Source: a virus (taxonomy: Duplodnaviria; Caudoviricetes). From it: a stretch of DNA of 59,697 nucleotides. The stretch covers positions 1 through 59,697 of IMG/VR virus record IMGVR_UViG_3300034414_000011; one strand, written 5' to 3'. Numbering within the stretch: position 1 is the stretch's first letter; the number at the start of each line of letters is the position of its first letter. Shown here piece by piece: positions 18,381 through 27,395 of this stretch. The translations under genes were made by a program, and so were the position numbers. The notes below the pieces were generated by a model. The model saw only the letters and a program-made list of their open reading frames with translations, had not been told where the DNA came from and did not search any database.

Positions 18381-18682
18381 TGGGAATTTTACCGGATTGG
18401 TTAGGAGATGGCGGATTCATTGCGGTGGCGGCGAACCCTCCCGCTGGAGCAAGGTCTATCGGTTATGCGCGGAGACCGGCGCGTGTAGCGTCTCTTTCGT
18501 TTACATGGTTAACGCGCTACCCGGCAAAGGTTTCCGGTGTCGGGTATGCCACAACACCACGAACAGCCGGAGTTAACGCGATTTCTTACTTGGTCTCATC
18601 TCAACGCACGACAGGAGTTTTCGGGTGCAGATACATCACTACCCGCTTCCCTGTTCCCGTTTCAAACCTTTCGTTCCAATAG
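18380..18682 (+). CDS. Hypothetical virion protein
   Basis: TAATG coupling; internal repeats of the V.gv.Y.t.R type. Confidence 0.5.
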   Translation: MGILPDWLGDGGFIAVAANPPAGARSIGYARRPARVASLSFTWLTRYPAKVSGVGYATTPRTAGVNAISYLVSSQRTTGVFGCRYITTRFPVPVSNLSFQ

Positions 18683-18691
18683 GAGGCTCTT

Positions 18692-19246
18692 GTGCCCGCA
18701 ACCATCACCTTTCAAATACCGTCCCCTGCGGCGGGTGAAGATACGCCGGTTTCTGTTGTCTGGTACGACTCGGCGGACGGTACCGCTTTCGCGCAGATCG
18801 GAGAGGAACTGATTGCAAACCTCACCTACGATGCTGAGACGGAACTGTACTCCTGGGAGTTGGCCGAGGCTGATACCTCGCGCTATCAGCTTATCAAAAC
18901 GAAGAGCGCCGGTGGCATTGAGAGTTTTTCCGGTGCCTTCCTTCCGCCGCTCCCGAGTAACCCTTTACTGCAAAGCCTCTACGGCTCTGCCAAGGAATTT
19001 GGCGCGGCAACCTGGAGTGCGGGCGATACCGTGGAAATGACCATGGGCAAGGACCAGCTTATCAATGGTGTGATCCTGGAGCCAACTACCCGGACAACGA
19101 CAGTGGACGCAAACGGGCAGTTCGTGTTAACGCCGGATAAGGGAGTCGAGGTCAAGGTCCAGGTGAAGAACCAGGATGGGAAGATTTACTTTTCCAAGAG
19201 CTTCGTTGTCTCCAGTGACGACCAGAAGAATATAAAGGATTACTGA
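18692..19246 (+). CDS. Hypothetical virion protein
   Basis: GGAGG RBS and GTG start; beta-rich. Confidence 0.6.
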   Translation: MPATITFQIPSPAAGEDTPVSVVWYDSADGTAFAQIGEELIANLTYDAETELYSWELAEADTSRYQLIKTKSAGGIESFSGAFLPPLPSNPLLQSLYGSAKEFGAATWSAGDTVEMTMGKDQLINGVILEPTTRTTTVDANGQFVLTPDKGVEVKVQVKNQDGKIYFSKSFVVSSDDQKNIKDY

Positions 19247-20715
19247 TGTTTGCTCTGCCGAAGTGGATAACCGACATCAAGAAGCTGTTCGGGACGGCTG
19301 ATGGGAAGGTGCTTGGCCGGGTGGGTGGGGCGTGGGAGTTTCTTTCGTCGTTTGTTCCCTCGTCGCATAAAACCAGCCATGCGACAGGCGGGAGTGATGT
19401 GCTGACTCCTGCGGATATTGGGGCGGTGGCCGATGATGACGCCCGGCTTTCCGATGCCAGGACTCCCTTATCGCACTACCAGGACGCAAGTTCTGTCACT
19501 GTCTATACGGGGAATTTCAGCGGGAACCTTTCTGCCGCAGACGATACGGTACAGAAGGTTGCTGAGACCTTGGACGGGCTTGTTGCTGGTGGCGGAGGCG
19601 TGAGCATCCCCGAATCGGTAGACCCGCCAGAAAACCCCGAAGAAGGGCAACTCTGGATTGATCTTTCGGCAGATCCGATAAACCTTCCCTTGCTGTCTGC
19701 CGGTAATCTGGTAGAGAAGAAAATTATTACTGCTGATTGCCCAAGCGTAACTTTTACTGGACTGGATAGTTTGGTTGACGGGGATTATATACTCCAAGGA
19801 AGCACCATTACAGGGAATATCGCCACAAAAAGTTTGTATTTATTTGTGAATGGTGACGAATCCCTAACCAACTATAAAGGGCTGGCCACTAGTCAACAAA
19901 CCGCTTCTACAGCACCGTCTGGTAGCACTTTTAATAGCCCATCTATTCACAGGCTACGCCAAAACTATCATGGAGTATTTGAATTTCATATTAGGATTAT
20001 TGGTAGTGCCGTCTATGGGAGAGGTTGGACAGAAAATTCAGAAAGTGCAGAACCTTTATATAGTCAGATATACTCGTTTAAGAAACTAACTGCTGAGACT
20101 AAAATTACTAGCATTAAATTATCAGTAGAGAGTGGTACAAATTCTATAGCGGTAGGTTCAATATTCACCCTCTACAAATCCAACTCAGCACAGCAACTTA
20201 TTCCTTACAATCCTGTAGATATTACGTCGAGGACAAGTGACTATCCTCTGAAACCGGGAGAGGTTGTTTATATTGATTATATCAACGCAACGAGTGTTCC
20301 TTTGCATGTGGCAACGCAGGAGGGCGAGTATGAAGTTACCATTGTTGGTTTTAACTTGCCAGCTAGTCCGGTAAATGGCAACAACACACTAAGCCCAAAC
20401 AATACAACTTATGCCAATGCTATAAAATCACAACATACTGATGCGTCAGGGGCTTCTATAACAACAAATATTGAAGATAGGTCTACTTTTGGAATCAGCT
20501 ACGCTGGTTCAATAAGAGCTGTGAGTAGAATTTCCACTTTTACCCAAGGTAAATCAGTTTCAACTGACGGCTGGTTTAAATTTAACAGTGGTGCGTATGA
20601 GCAACACAAGGTAACTGAGTATTGGGTAGACACCACAACACCGTGGACATCCCTTGGTACCATCACTTTCCCCTCCACCAAGTCAGGTAAAATCATAATA
20701 AAGAGGATTATCTGA
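19246..20715 (+). CDS. Tail fibre / receptor-binding protein
   Basis: H..SHATGGSD.LTPADIGA and DARLSDARTPLSH fibre motifs; P..P.EGQLWID; AT-rich C-terminal modules. Confidence 0.75.
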   Translation: MFALPKWITDIKKLFGTADGKVLGRVGGAWEFLSSFVPSSHKTSHATGGSDVLTPADIGAVADDDARLSDARTPLSHYQDASSVTVYTGNFSGNLSAADDTVQKVAETLDGLVAGGGGVSIPESVDPPENPEEGQLWIDLSADPINLPLLSAGNLVEKKIITADCPSVTFTGLDSLVDGDYILQGSTITGNIATKSLYLFVNGDESLTNYKGLATSQQTASTAPSGSTFNSPSIHRLRQNYHGVFEFHIRIIGSAVYGRGWTENSESAEPLYSQIYSFKKLTAETKITSIKLSVESGTNSIAVGSIFTLYKSNSAQQLIPYNPVDITSRTSDYPLKPGEVVYIDYINATSVPLHVATQEGEYEVTIVGFNLPASPVNGNNTLSPNNTTYANAIKSQHTDASGASITTNIEDRSTFGISYAGSIRAVSRISTFTQGKSVSTDGWFKFNSGAYEQHKVTEYWVDTTTPWTSLGTITFPSTKSGKIIIKRII

Positions 20716-21290
20716 TGGGAGTATTAAGAAGGTGGAATAGTACAGAGGGTGTGTGGGAAGAGGTTGGCAGAAATCCTCCTGCTGTTAACGTGGTTGATTT
20801 AACCGGAGCAACTACCGATTACCTTCTGGCTGTTGGTGAGACGGCATTTATCGACTATGTTAACGCGACATCTGTCCCTTTGCATGTGGGTATCGCCGAT
20901 AAGTCAGTGTATGAAATAAACATTTCTTGTGATATTCAAAATTACGCTACATGCGACTCCCACCTAGATTTAATAGGTGCAAGTGGCGCTTGGGAATTGG
21001 ATATTGTGTACCCCTCATCAGCGACGGCTATGGCTAATTATGTGGGAACTGGAACAGGGGCTAATTTTAATATTCATATTGCTGATGGAACAATAAGAAA
21101 TGCAAATATTACCCTGTCTGCACGAAATGGAAATATCAGTTATATTTGTCATTCAAACGCAAGAGCAACATCTGCTTATATAGCTAATAGAAGTATAAGT
21201 GCGTCTTGGAAGTCCACTATAACATCACTTGGAACAATCACTCATGCGGTTGCACACACAGGTAGAATAACAATCAAAAGGAGAATTTGA
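20715..21290 (+). CDS. Fibre-associated protein, paralogue of the C-terminal domain of the upstream gene
   Basis: Shares DY.L..GE...IDY.NATSVPLHV and TSLGTIT.....G.I.IKR.I. Confidence 0.7.
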   Translation: MGVLRRWNSTEGVWEEVGRNPPAVNVVDLTGATTDYLLAVGETAFIDYVNATSVPLHVGIADKSVYEINISCDIQNYATCDSHLDLIGASGAWELDIVYPSSATAMANYVGTGTGANFNIHIADGTIRNANITLSARNGNISYICHSNARATSAYIANRSISASWKSTITSLGTITHAVAHTGRITIKRRI

Positions 21291-21293
21291 TTG

Positions 21294-22523
21294 ATGCTTT
21301 CATCCCTAAATTACGAAAGCGGTGAAGTCCTTTCAGTGCGCCTCAGAAACGTCTCCCGGCAGTTTTGGGACTTCACAGCGTTAACGTGGGTTGCTTCCGA
21401 AAGTGTTGATACCCGCATTAGTTATGGCGAGTCGGCAAACGGTGATGGGACGAGTCTTTATACCGCGGATGTTCCTGTACCGACTGGGGGACCGTTTGTA
21501 CAAGAGGTGCTTAACGCTTCCAATGATTTCATCACCTCAGACACTACAGCCATTGACGCCACAATATCGGAATCAGTTGCAAATGCCCCTCCTACGGTCG
21601 ATGAAATCAGGCAGGAGATGGACGCAAATAGCACCAAACTTGCCAATCTTGATGTTGCCGTATCCTCTCGCTCGACCTTCAATGGTGGTCAGGTGGCGTC
21701 AGTTGCCGGTTCTGTCGGAAGCGTAACCGGGTCGGTAGGAAGCGTGGCGGCACCTGTAACTGTCGGAACCAATCAGGATAAGACCGGCTACAGTCTGTCA
21801 ACTGCGGGGATCTTGGCAATATGGAACCAGGCAACCGGTGCGGCTGGTATCCTTGTCAATACCATCGGGGCAAAGTTCCGCGATCTGGTGCTTGGAACTG
21901 ACAATCGGGTGAAGATTTCCGCCGATGCTCAAGACCTGGCCGGGTTGAAGGTGACGGCAAAGACCGTTGAAGACAAGGCGGGCTATGCTTTAACTTCGGC
22001 CTATGACGCGGCCAAAACTGCGGCGTCTCAAACGTCAGTCGATTCGATACCGACGAATCCGCTCCTTGCCACTGACTCCAGGCTGGACCATCTGGACTCC
22101 GACATTTCCGCGATACCGACCGACCCTCTCCGGTTCGGGGATTATACGGCACCGGACAATGCGGGGATTGCGGCTATATTTTCGGCTACTCAAAGCGCGG
22201 CCCTTGAGCTTGACGCTATCTCCGGCGCTCTTGCCGCTGTTGCCTCCAGTGCTGATGTCCAGACCCTCCTTGATCGACTGAGCAACGCCCGCGCAGGACT
22301 GCTCGACAATCTCCAGTATCTCACCGAAGCACCAGGCTTGACGGTGGCGCAAGTTGCCATGCTCACCGAGGCAAGGGACGAGGCAAAGTTATCTCGGCAA
22401 CTCCAGAGCAATAAAGCTGTTATCGCCAATGACGGTCTGTCTGTGACGGTTTATGCCGATGACGGGATAACGCCGTTGTGGGTTTTCTCGATCCCTGACA
22501 ACAAGCACAGGATACCGGCATGA
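21294..22523 (+). CDS. Tail fibre/needle-like virion protein
   Basis: VAGSVGSVTGSVGSV repeats, DKTGYSL/DKAGYAL repeats, VYADDG.TPL C-terminus. Confidence 0.6.
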   Translation: MLSSLNYESGEVLSVRLRNVSRQFWDFTALTWVASESVDTRISYGESANGDGTSLYTADVPVPTGGPFVQEVLNASNDFITSDTTAIDATISESVANAPPTVDEIRQEMDANSTKLANLDVAVSSRSTFNGGQVASVAGSVGSVTGSVGSVAAPVTVGTNQDKTGYSLSTAGILAIWNQATGAAGILVNTIGAKFRDLVLGTDNRVKISADAQDLAGLKVTAKTVEDKAGYALTSAYDAAKTAASQTSVDSIPTNPLLATDSRLDHLDSDISAIPTDPLRFGDYTAPDNAGIAAIFSATQSAALELDAISGALAAVASSADVQTLLDRLSNARAGLLDNLQYLTEAPGLTVAQVAMLTEARDEAKLSRQLQSNKAVIANDGLSVTVYADDGITPLWVFSIPDNKHRIPA

Positions 22524-24181
22524 TCTACACCCACGAACAGGTAACAGGTGGTGAAGAGTACCTGGGCTTTGCCCGGCAGAAGCTCGCGTGGTTGGAGAGG
22601 GCTCGCCTTGAGGCTGGAGCGCCTATAATGACCTGGGGGCCGATAGAGATCAATGGTGTTGAAATCTATATTGAATCTTCAAACAGCAAAAATCTGATAA
22701 GAATTGAAAGCATCCCTGGCGGGTTTATTTGCCACCCAAGAGACCTGACCAACAAGGGCGGGGCGAAACCTGGTGGAGTGGCAATAACTCCAGAGTACAC
22801 CTATCCTTTGGTAGATGACGACCAAGGAAGCCGGATTCTAACCTATGAAGGCGATGCGTGGGCGGTTTCTTCCGACGTTGAGAACTATGGAAACCTTTAC
22901 TGGATAAGCGGCGGCGGTGATGTCCTTTCGTGGCGCGGGCCTGCTGGTCGGCAATTCGCCATGGACTCCACCAAGTCATACCCTGGCTTCACCGAATGGG
23001 ATTACACGGAGATGGTTGCGGGGTTGGAGGTCGAGCATTATACCCCTTACCGCAACCAGGTCTACCAGAACGGAGAAGTGCTCAAGGAATTTCTTTACGG
23101 GTACAAGGTCTTGGGATGCGCTCTGAACAGTGGGAGCCTTGTATGCGTGATTGGTGTCGATTACGCGGGGATTGCTAATCCTGATGGTGGCACTGGCGGT
23201 TTTTATGACGAGGTTTGGATTGGCGACGCAAGGATAGGCTGGCAAAGTTCTTCTCGCCCGAAGACACCATGGTTCTTTAACTCCATTGGCACCGAGGCTG
23301 TCTGCGGAAACAGGAAGATTGTGGTAGCCGAAGATTTGCTCAGTGTCGTTTTCTCTGACCTTGAAGTTGGAAGTGGCTCTCAAAATAATGAATATACCGG
23401 TGCAGATAGAAGCACATGGGGGGTCACAAAGTCTGGAAGTTGGCCGATGTTTCGTGACTATGTAGGGTTGATGGATCAAGGGGTTGCACTGATTATCAGC
23501 CTTGATGAACGCTCCACATCAACAGCCAATGGATCAGAAGACCGGGCTGATCTTCCCGTTATGATGTCAGGAATAGACGACCCGGTCGTTACGGTCAGTG
23601 GCCCAGAGGGTTACGCTGGAGAGGGCGCATACAGTTACGCCGTGAGCGGTAATAATTGTGGCATAGATACGGTTGAGTGGTCATACCCGAACGGGTGCGG
23701 TGAAGGCACCGTTAGTGTTACGGTCACGTTCCTTGGTGGTAAAACGGTAACAGGTAGCATGCAAGTAAAGATGCCGAGTGGCTCATATATGCTGATAGAG
23801 TCATGGTATAGTGGCCGACCCAACAGTTATTTGTTTACATGCGGAAACACAAATGGTTTTGAATATACAACCGGAGGATACGGCTTTAGTTTCAATGCCG
23901 GATCAGAAACAGGACCACAATGGAATATAATTTCACAAACTTGTATAACGGGAACAATACCGAAAGATTTAGGGTATCCAAGTGATAAAAAGCCAATTCC
24001 TTGTAGTGGGTACGAACAACCTGACCAAGTAAGTAGTGACGGGCATTGCTATTCAGTGACATTACATCAATACGTTTGGATGAATTACTATACTAAGTAT
24101 AAATGGTTCTGCAACGACGCAATCTTAATTGACACTACTACGATAGATGGTGTGACTTATTACACTTATGCCAATCCTTGA
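22520..24181 (+). CDS. Virion/tail protein with AT-rich Cys-rich C-terminus
   Basis: ATGA coupling; 553 aa. Confidence 0.55.
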   Translation: MIYTHEQVTGGEEYLGFARQKLAWLERARLEAGAPIMTWGPIEINGVEIYIESSNSKNLIRIESIPGGFICHPRDLTNKGGAKPGGVAITPEYTYPLVDDDQGSRILTYEGDAWAVSSDVENYGNLYWISGGGDVLSWRGPAGRQFAMDSTKSYPGFTEWDYTEMVAGLEVEHYTPYRNQVYQNGEVLKEFLYGYKVLGCALNSGSLVCVIGVDYAGIANPDGGTGGFYDEVWIGDARIGWQSSSRPKTPWFFNSIGTEAVCGNRKIVVAEDLLSVVFSDLEVGSGSQNNEYTGADRSTWGVTKSGSWPMFRDYVGLMDQGVALIISLDERSTSTANGSEDRADLPVMMSGIDDPVVTVSGPEGYAGEGAYSYAVSGNNCGIDTVEWSYPNGCGEGTVSVTVTFLGGKTVTGSMQVKMPSGSYMLIESWYSGRPNSYLFTCGNTNGFEYTTGGYGFSFNAGSETGPQWNIISQTCITGTIPKDLGYPSDKKPIPCSGYEQPDQVSSDGHCYSVTLHQYVWMNYYTKYKWFCNDAILIDTTTIDGVTYYTYANP

Positions 24182-24201
24182 TAGCCTTATAGGGGTAAGT
24201 T

Positions 24202-24516
24202 ATGTTAACAAGCAATGGACAAAGACTAGAAGTATGGCTTGGTTTGAAAAATAAATTTGATTACCAAGCGTTCAGTAAAGCCTGCTTGAGTAAAAATATT
24301 GAACCACTACCAGCAATGGAGTTCGCCCAAAAGGCCGGGCTTATTATGTGCGGAATGACAGCATACCCCGACTTGCCAGAAGCGGAGGCTTACCTTAAAT
24401 ACATTCGAGAAAACCCGCTTCCGCTTCCCACTACTTCCGCACCGATAGCTTCACAGGTCGTACCACGGACCCCATCGACTAACTGCCAAAGTTGCGGCGG
24501 CGGTAAGGTAAGATGA
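24202..24516 (+). CDS. Hypothetical protein with C-terminal CxxCGG
   Basis: ORF in operon. Confidence 0.55.
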   Translation: MLTSNGQRLEVWLGLKNKFDYQAFSKACLSKNIEPLPAMEFAQKAGLIMCGMTAYPDLPEAEAYLKYIRENPLPLPTTSAPIASQVVPRTPSTNCQSCGGGKVR

Positions 24517-25520
24517 CGATCAATACCTGCGACGGACCACACTATACTTGCGGGGAGACCCTTGATTGGCTCACTGGTCAGGACAGCGACCTATCCTTGT
24601 CTCAAACAAGAGACAGCAAAACCTCGTTCATGTTGGGTTCTACAGAAATCTTCGTTGTCTCTCAACAGAGAACCTTCGCTATATCGGCGTCAACTTCGTG
24701 GGACTTGACAGACGCTTTCCTTATGCGTGACTCAGATGCTAATGTTTTCCAATGTGCAAATATATCGAGTTCCAGTAGCGGGTCCGTTTCCGAAAATTTT
24801 ACCTACATCACAACACAGATTCATTTCCTGGACACACGCTACAATAACGGAGTATTTACCGAGACGAAGGAAGTCCTTAATTTTACCGATGCTGGCGCGA
24901 TGTGCGCTTTTAAAGAGACCTGGGGTCTCCAGTGGTACCATAAATTTGTTGTCACGAATCATACCGTAGTGACCACTATCACGCATTTTGTTGTGGTAAA
25001 TGGAGTTAAGACGGTACTGAAAGAAACGGTTTCCACGACATATCCAAATACGGCTGAAAACCCTTTGATTCTTGTGTTTCCGAATCCGCCATCAGAGGCT
25101 ATCCCCTGGATCAACTGTGAAGACATCGACGAGTTTGGTTTCTACGACTACCACGAAGGGGGTCCGCCTCCTGGTGGCAGTCAGCGGATAATCCAGGATG
25201 GAGGCGATGATTTCTATTGGCCGGAATGGGCGCGGGCAATAGGCCAAGTTAACGCGGCGGCTGATGTGGCAATGAAGGATGAAAGATATTACACCTTCTA
25301 CCTCAATGATCCTGACCCCGGCGTCAGGACCATCGGAGTCCCTGCGGTTTTTACCGACTCGACACCATGCGCTTCCATTGCCGTAGATCAGGGCGGACGT
25401 GTTTTTTACTCACTGACTCTTGGCGGACAAAATTTCAATTACCTGGAAGATGGAGACCTGTTGGAGCTATTGCCCTATTTCGCGGCTGACCCGAAATTCT
25501 ATCCAGTGGGGGTTATATGA
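24513..25520 (+). CDS. Hypothetical virion protein
   Basis: ATGA coupling; beta-rich. Confidence 0.55.
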   Translation: MTINTCDGPHYTCGETLDWLTGQDSDLSLSQTRDSKTSFMLGSTEIFVVSQQRTFAISASTSWDLTDAFLMRDSDANVFQCANISSSSSGSVSENFTYITTQIHFLDTRYNNGVFTETKEVLNFTDAGAMCAFKETWGLQWYHKFVVTNHTVVTTITHFVVVNGVKTVLKETVSTTYPNTAENPLILVFPNPPSEAIPWINCEDIDEFGFYDYHEGGPPPGGSQRIIQDGGDDFYWPEWARAIGQVNAAADVAMKDERYYTFYLNDPDPGVRTIGVPAVFTDSTPCASIAVDQGGRVFYSLTLGGQNFNYLEDGDLLELLPYFAADPKFYPVGVI

Positions 25521-25792
25521 AAATCCTGACTCAAGTTTTTGGCGCGTACATCATTACTGCCGTGATCGTCGATGGCAATATCTTCTACCGAATCAGGGAA
25601 TGGATCAAAGCAAAGACGCCCTGGCTGTTCAAAGGGAATCCGCCTCGACACCTTCTCGAATGTAGGATGTGTACCGGGTTTTGGGTATCAGTATTGGTTG
25701 CCCTGTTAACGTGCGGCATATCCATGGAGACGGTCTTTTCTTTCTTCTTGATATACGGTGCCTCGTATTTCCTTGCGACACAGGAGAGGTAG
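25517..25792 (+). CDS. DUF1360-like membrane protein
   Basis: IFYRIRE...LLECRMCTGFWVS motif; hydrophobic helices. Confidence 0.65.
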   Translation: MKILTQVFGAYIITAVIVDGNIFYRIREWIKAKTPWLFKGNPPRHLLECRMCTGFWVSVLVALLTCGISMETVFSFFLIYGASYFLATQER

Positions 25793-25861
25793 GTTGCTGT
25801 AACCTTGTAATCAATCGAGAAAGATGATATGAACAGCCAAGTAGATAGAAGGAGATAGCCA

Positions 25862-27382
25862 ATGACAAACGAGCGAAACAGGTTTGACTACATAGGCTTT
25901 GCCAATGGCGGCAAGGAGGTTGGCTCACAGCCTCCGAGTGACATTGTGCGAGGATTGAAGGACGGGACAGAGCTTGCGCTTCGTACTGCGGCTATTCCGT
26001 TTTATAAGGCCGCAGACGCGGCCAATGCCGTGACCAATGCCGCCGCCAGCGCAGGGAATTGGGCGCTTGGGAAGTTAACGGGATACGAAGTACCGTATGA
26101 AGCCGACTTGCCAACAAACATGAGCGGTGGAAATTCTGGGCGGGCCGGGCAGATTGCCAGTGGCGCACTGGAAGGTATGGGCTTGCGGAAGACTCCAGAA
26201 GCAATGCCAACGGGCAATACAAAAACCTCGGACAGTAAAAGAACCTTGCCCAAGGAATATGATGGACCTCTGATGAATCCCAATGCCGGGATAAAGCCAG
26301 GTGATCTCTCTGCTCTTTCCAATGGAGCTATACCTGCTCCAAGAAAGCCTGCTTCACCGAACAACCTACCTGGCGACTTCGCACCATATAATCCAGAGTT
26401 AACTCCGATGGGTACCTTCCAGGTGGAAGGTGGGCCCAAACGGTCGTTTTCTGCTGATTCCTCCGGCTCCTGGTACGAGGGCGGCAACAAAATGGGCGGC
26501 ATCATGGGTGCTCCTGCGCGTAGCGGGAACCCTGCCGTTGACGAAATCGTGAACCGCTTAATGTCGAATCAACCAAGCAACGGGATCGGATCGAGCTACA
26601 ACACCGGTATCCAAGACCCTGCCGCTGATGCGAAGTTCAGATCAGAGGTGGAGCAGGCTGTCAGAGTTAACGCGGCAAACGGCATGGCTCCAACCACTGA
26701 GCAGATGAAGATATTGGGAATGAGGGGTGCCGATCTTGTTACCCTCTTGGGCGCTCACAACAAAGATGGCAGGTACGACAAGCAGATCGGTGACGTATTC
26801 AAGAACGAGTTTCTTGAAAATGCCAGGGGCAAGCTCGATCTTGAGCGCATGGCACTCCCGATAGAGGCTGATGTCAAGGGAGCGCAGGGCGATTACTACC
26901 GGGCTCACGCGAAACAGCTTCTCACCATGTCAGACCCGGATCTCCTTCTCAAGATCAAGGGCAAGGACGCAGACACGGAGCGGGCCAAGGGCCAGAGCGA
27001 GATCATGAAAACCCTTCTGCCGAAGGCGTATGATACGGCAAACGATCTCACCAAGAAGTATCTGGAGCAGAACCCTAATGCTGACGCCAATGCGGTGTTC
27101 AATAACTATCTCAGCAACGCCATGTCCGCCTTTACTGACCAATTCTCTCAGGGCAAACGGTATGCTCCGGGTATCAACATGCCCGGCGAGAAGCCGTGGT
27201 TCGGGTTCAATTCCCCCGAGGTTAACGTAGACGGAGGATGGGGAGACCCTAGCATGTCTGAACTTTACAAGGCCACAGAAAGAGCCCTTCTTGCGGCTGG
27301 TGAAGATGGGGTCAAGCGCACATCAATTATGAATCGTTTTAACGAGTTACGGGGCCGGTTTCAAGGGATTCCAACTCAATAA
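25862..27382 (+). CDS. Internal virion / DNA ejection protein
   Basis: Gly/Ala/Pro-rich; precedes the giant internal protein; AAGGAG RBS. Confidence 0.55.
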   Translation: MTNERNRFDYIGFANGGKEVGSQPPSDIVRGLKDGTELALRTAAIPFYKAADAANAVTNAAASAGNWALGKLTGYEVPYEADLPTNMSGGNSGRAGQIASGALEGMGLRKTPEAMPTGNTKTSDSKRTLPKEYDGPLMNPNAGIKPGDLSALSNGAIPAPRKPASPNNLPGDFAPYNPELTPMGTFQVEGGPKRSFSADSSGSWYEGGNKMGGIMGAPARSGNPAVDEIVNRLMSNQPSNGIGSSYNTGIQDPAADAKFRSEVEQAVRVNAANGMAPTTEQMKILGMRGADLVTLLGAHNKDGRYDKQIGDVFKNEFLENARGKLDLERMALPIEADVKGAQGDYYRAHAKQLLTMSDPDLLLKIKGKDADTERAKGQSEIMKTLLPKAYDTANDLTKKYLEQNPNADANAVFNNYLSNAMSAFTDQFSQGKRYAPGINMPGEKPWFGFNSPEVNVDGGWGDPSMSELYKATERALLAAGEDGVKRTSIMNRFNELRGRFQGIPTQ

Positions 27383-27395
27383 GGAGAAGAAGTTT

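Noticed and set aside
19246-21290. Duplicated fibre domains as a diversity-generating retroelement TR/VR pair or invertible cassette
   Set aside because: No reverse transcriptase or invertase; differences are not adenine-specific; both copies are same-strand coding genes
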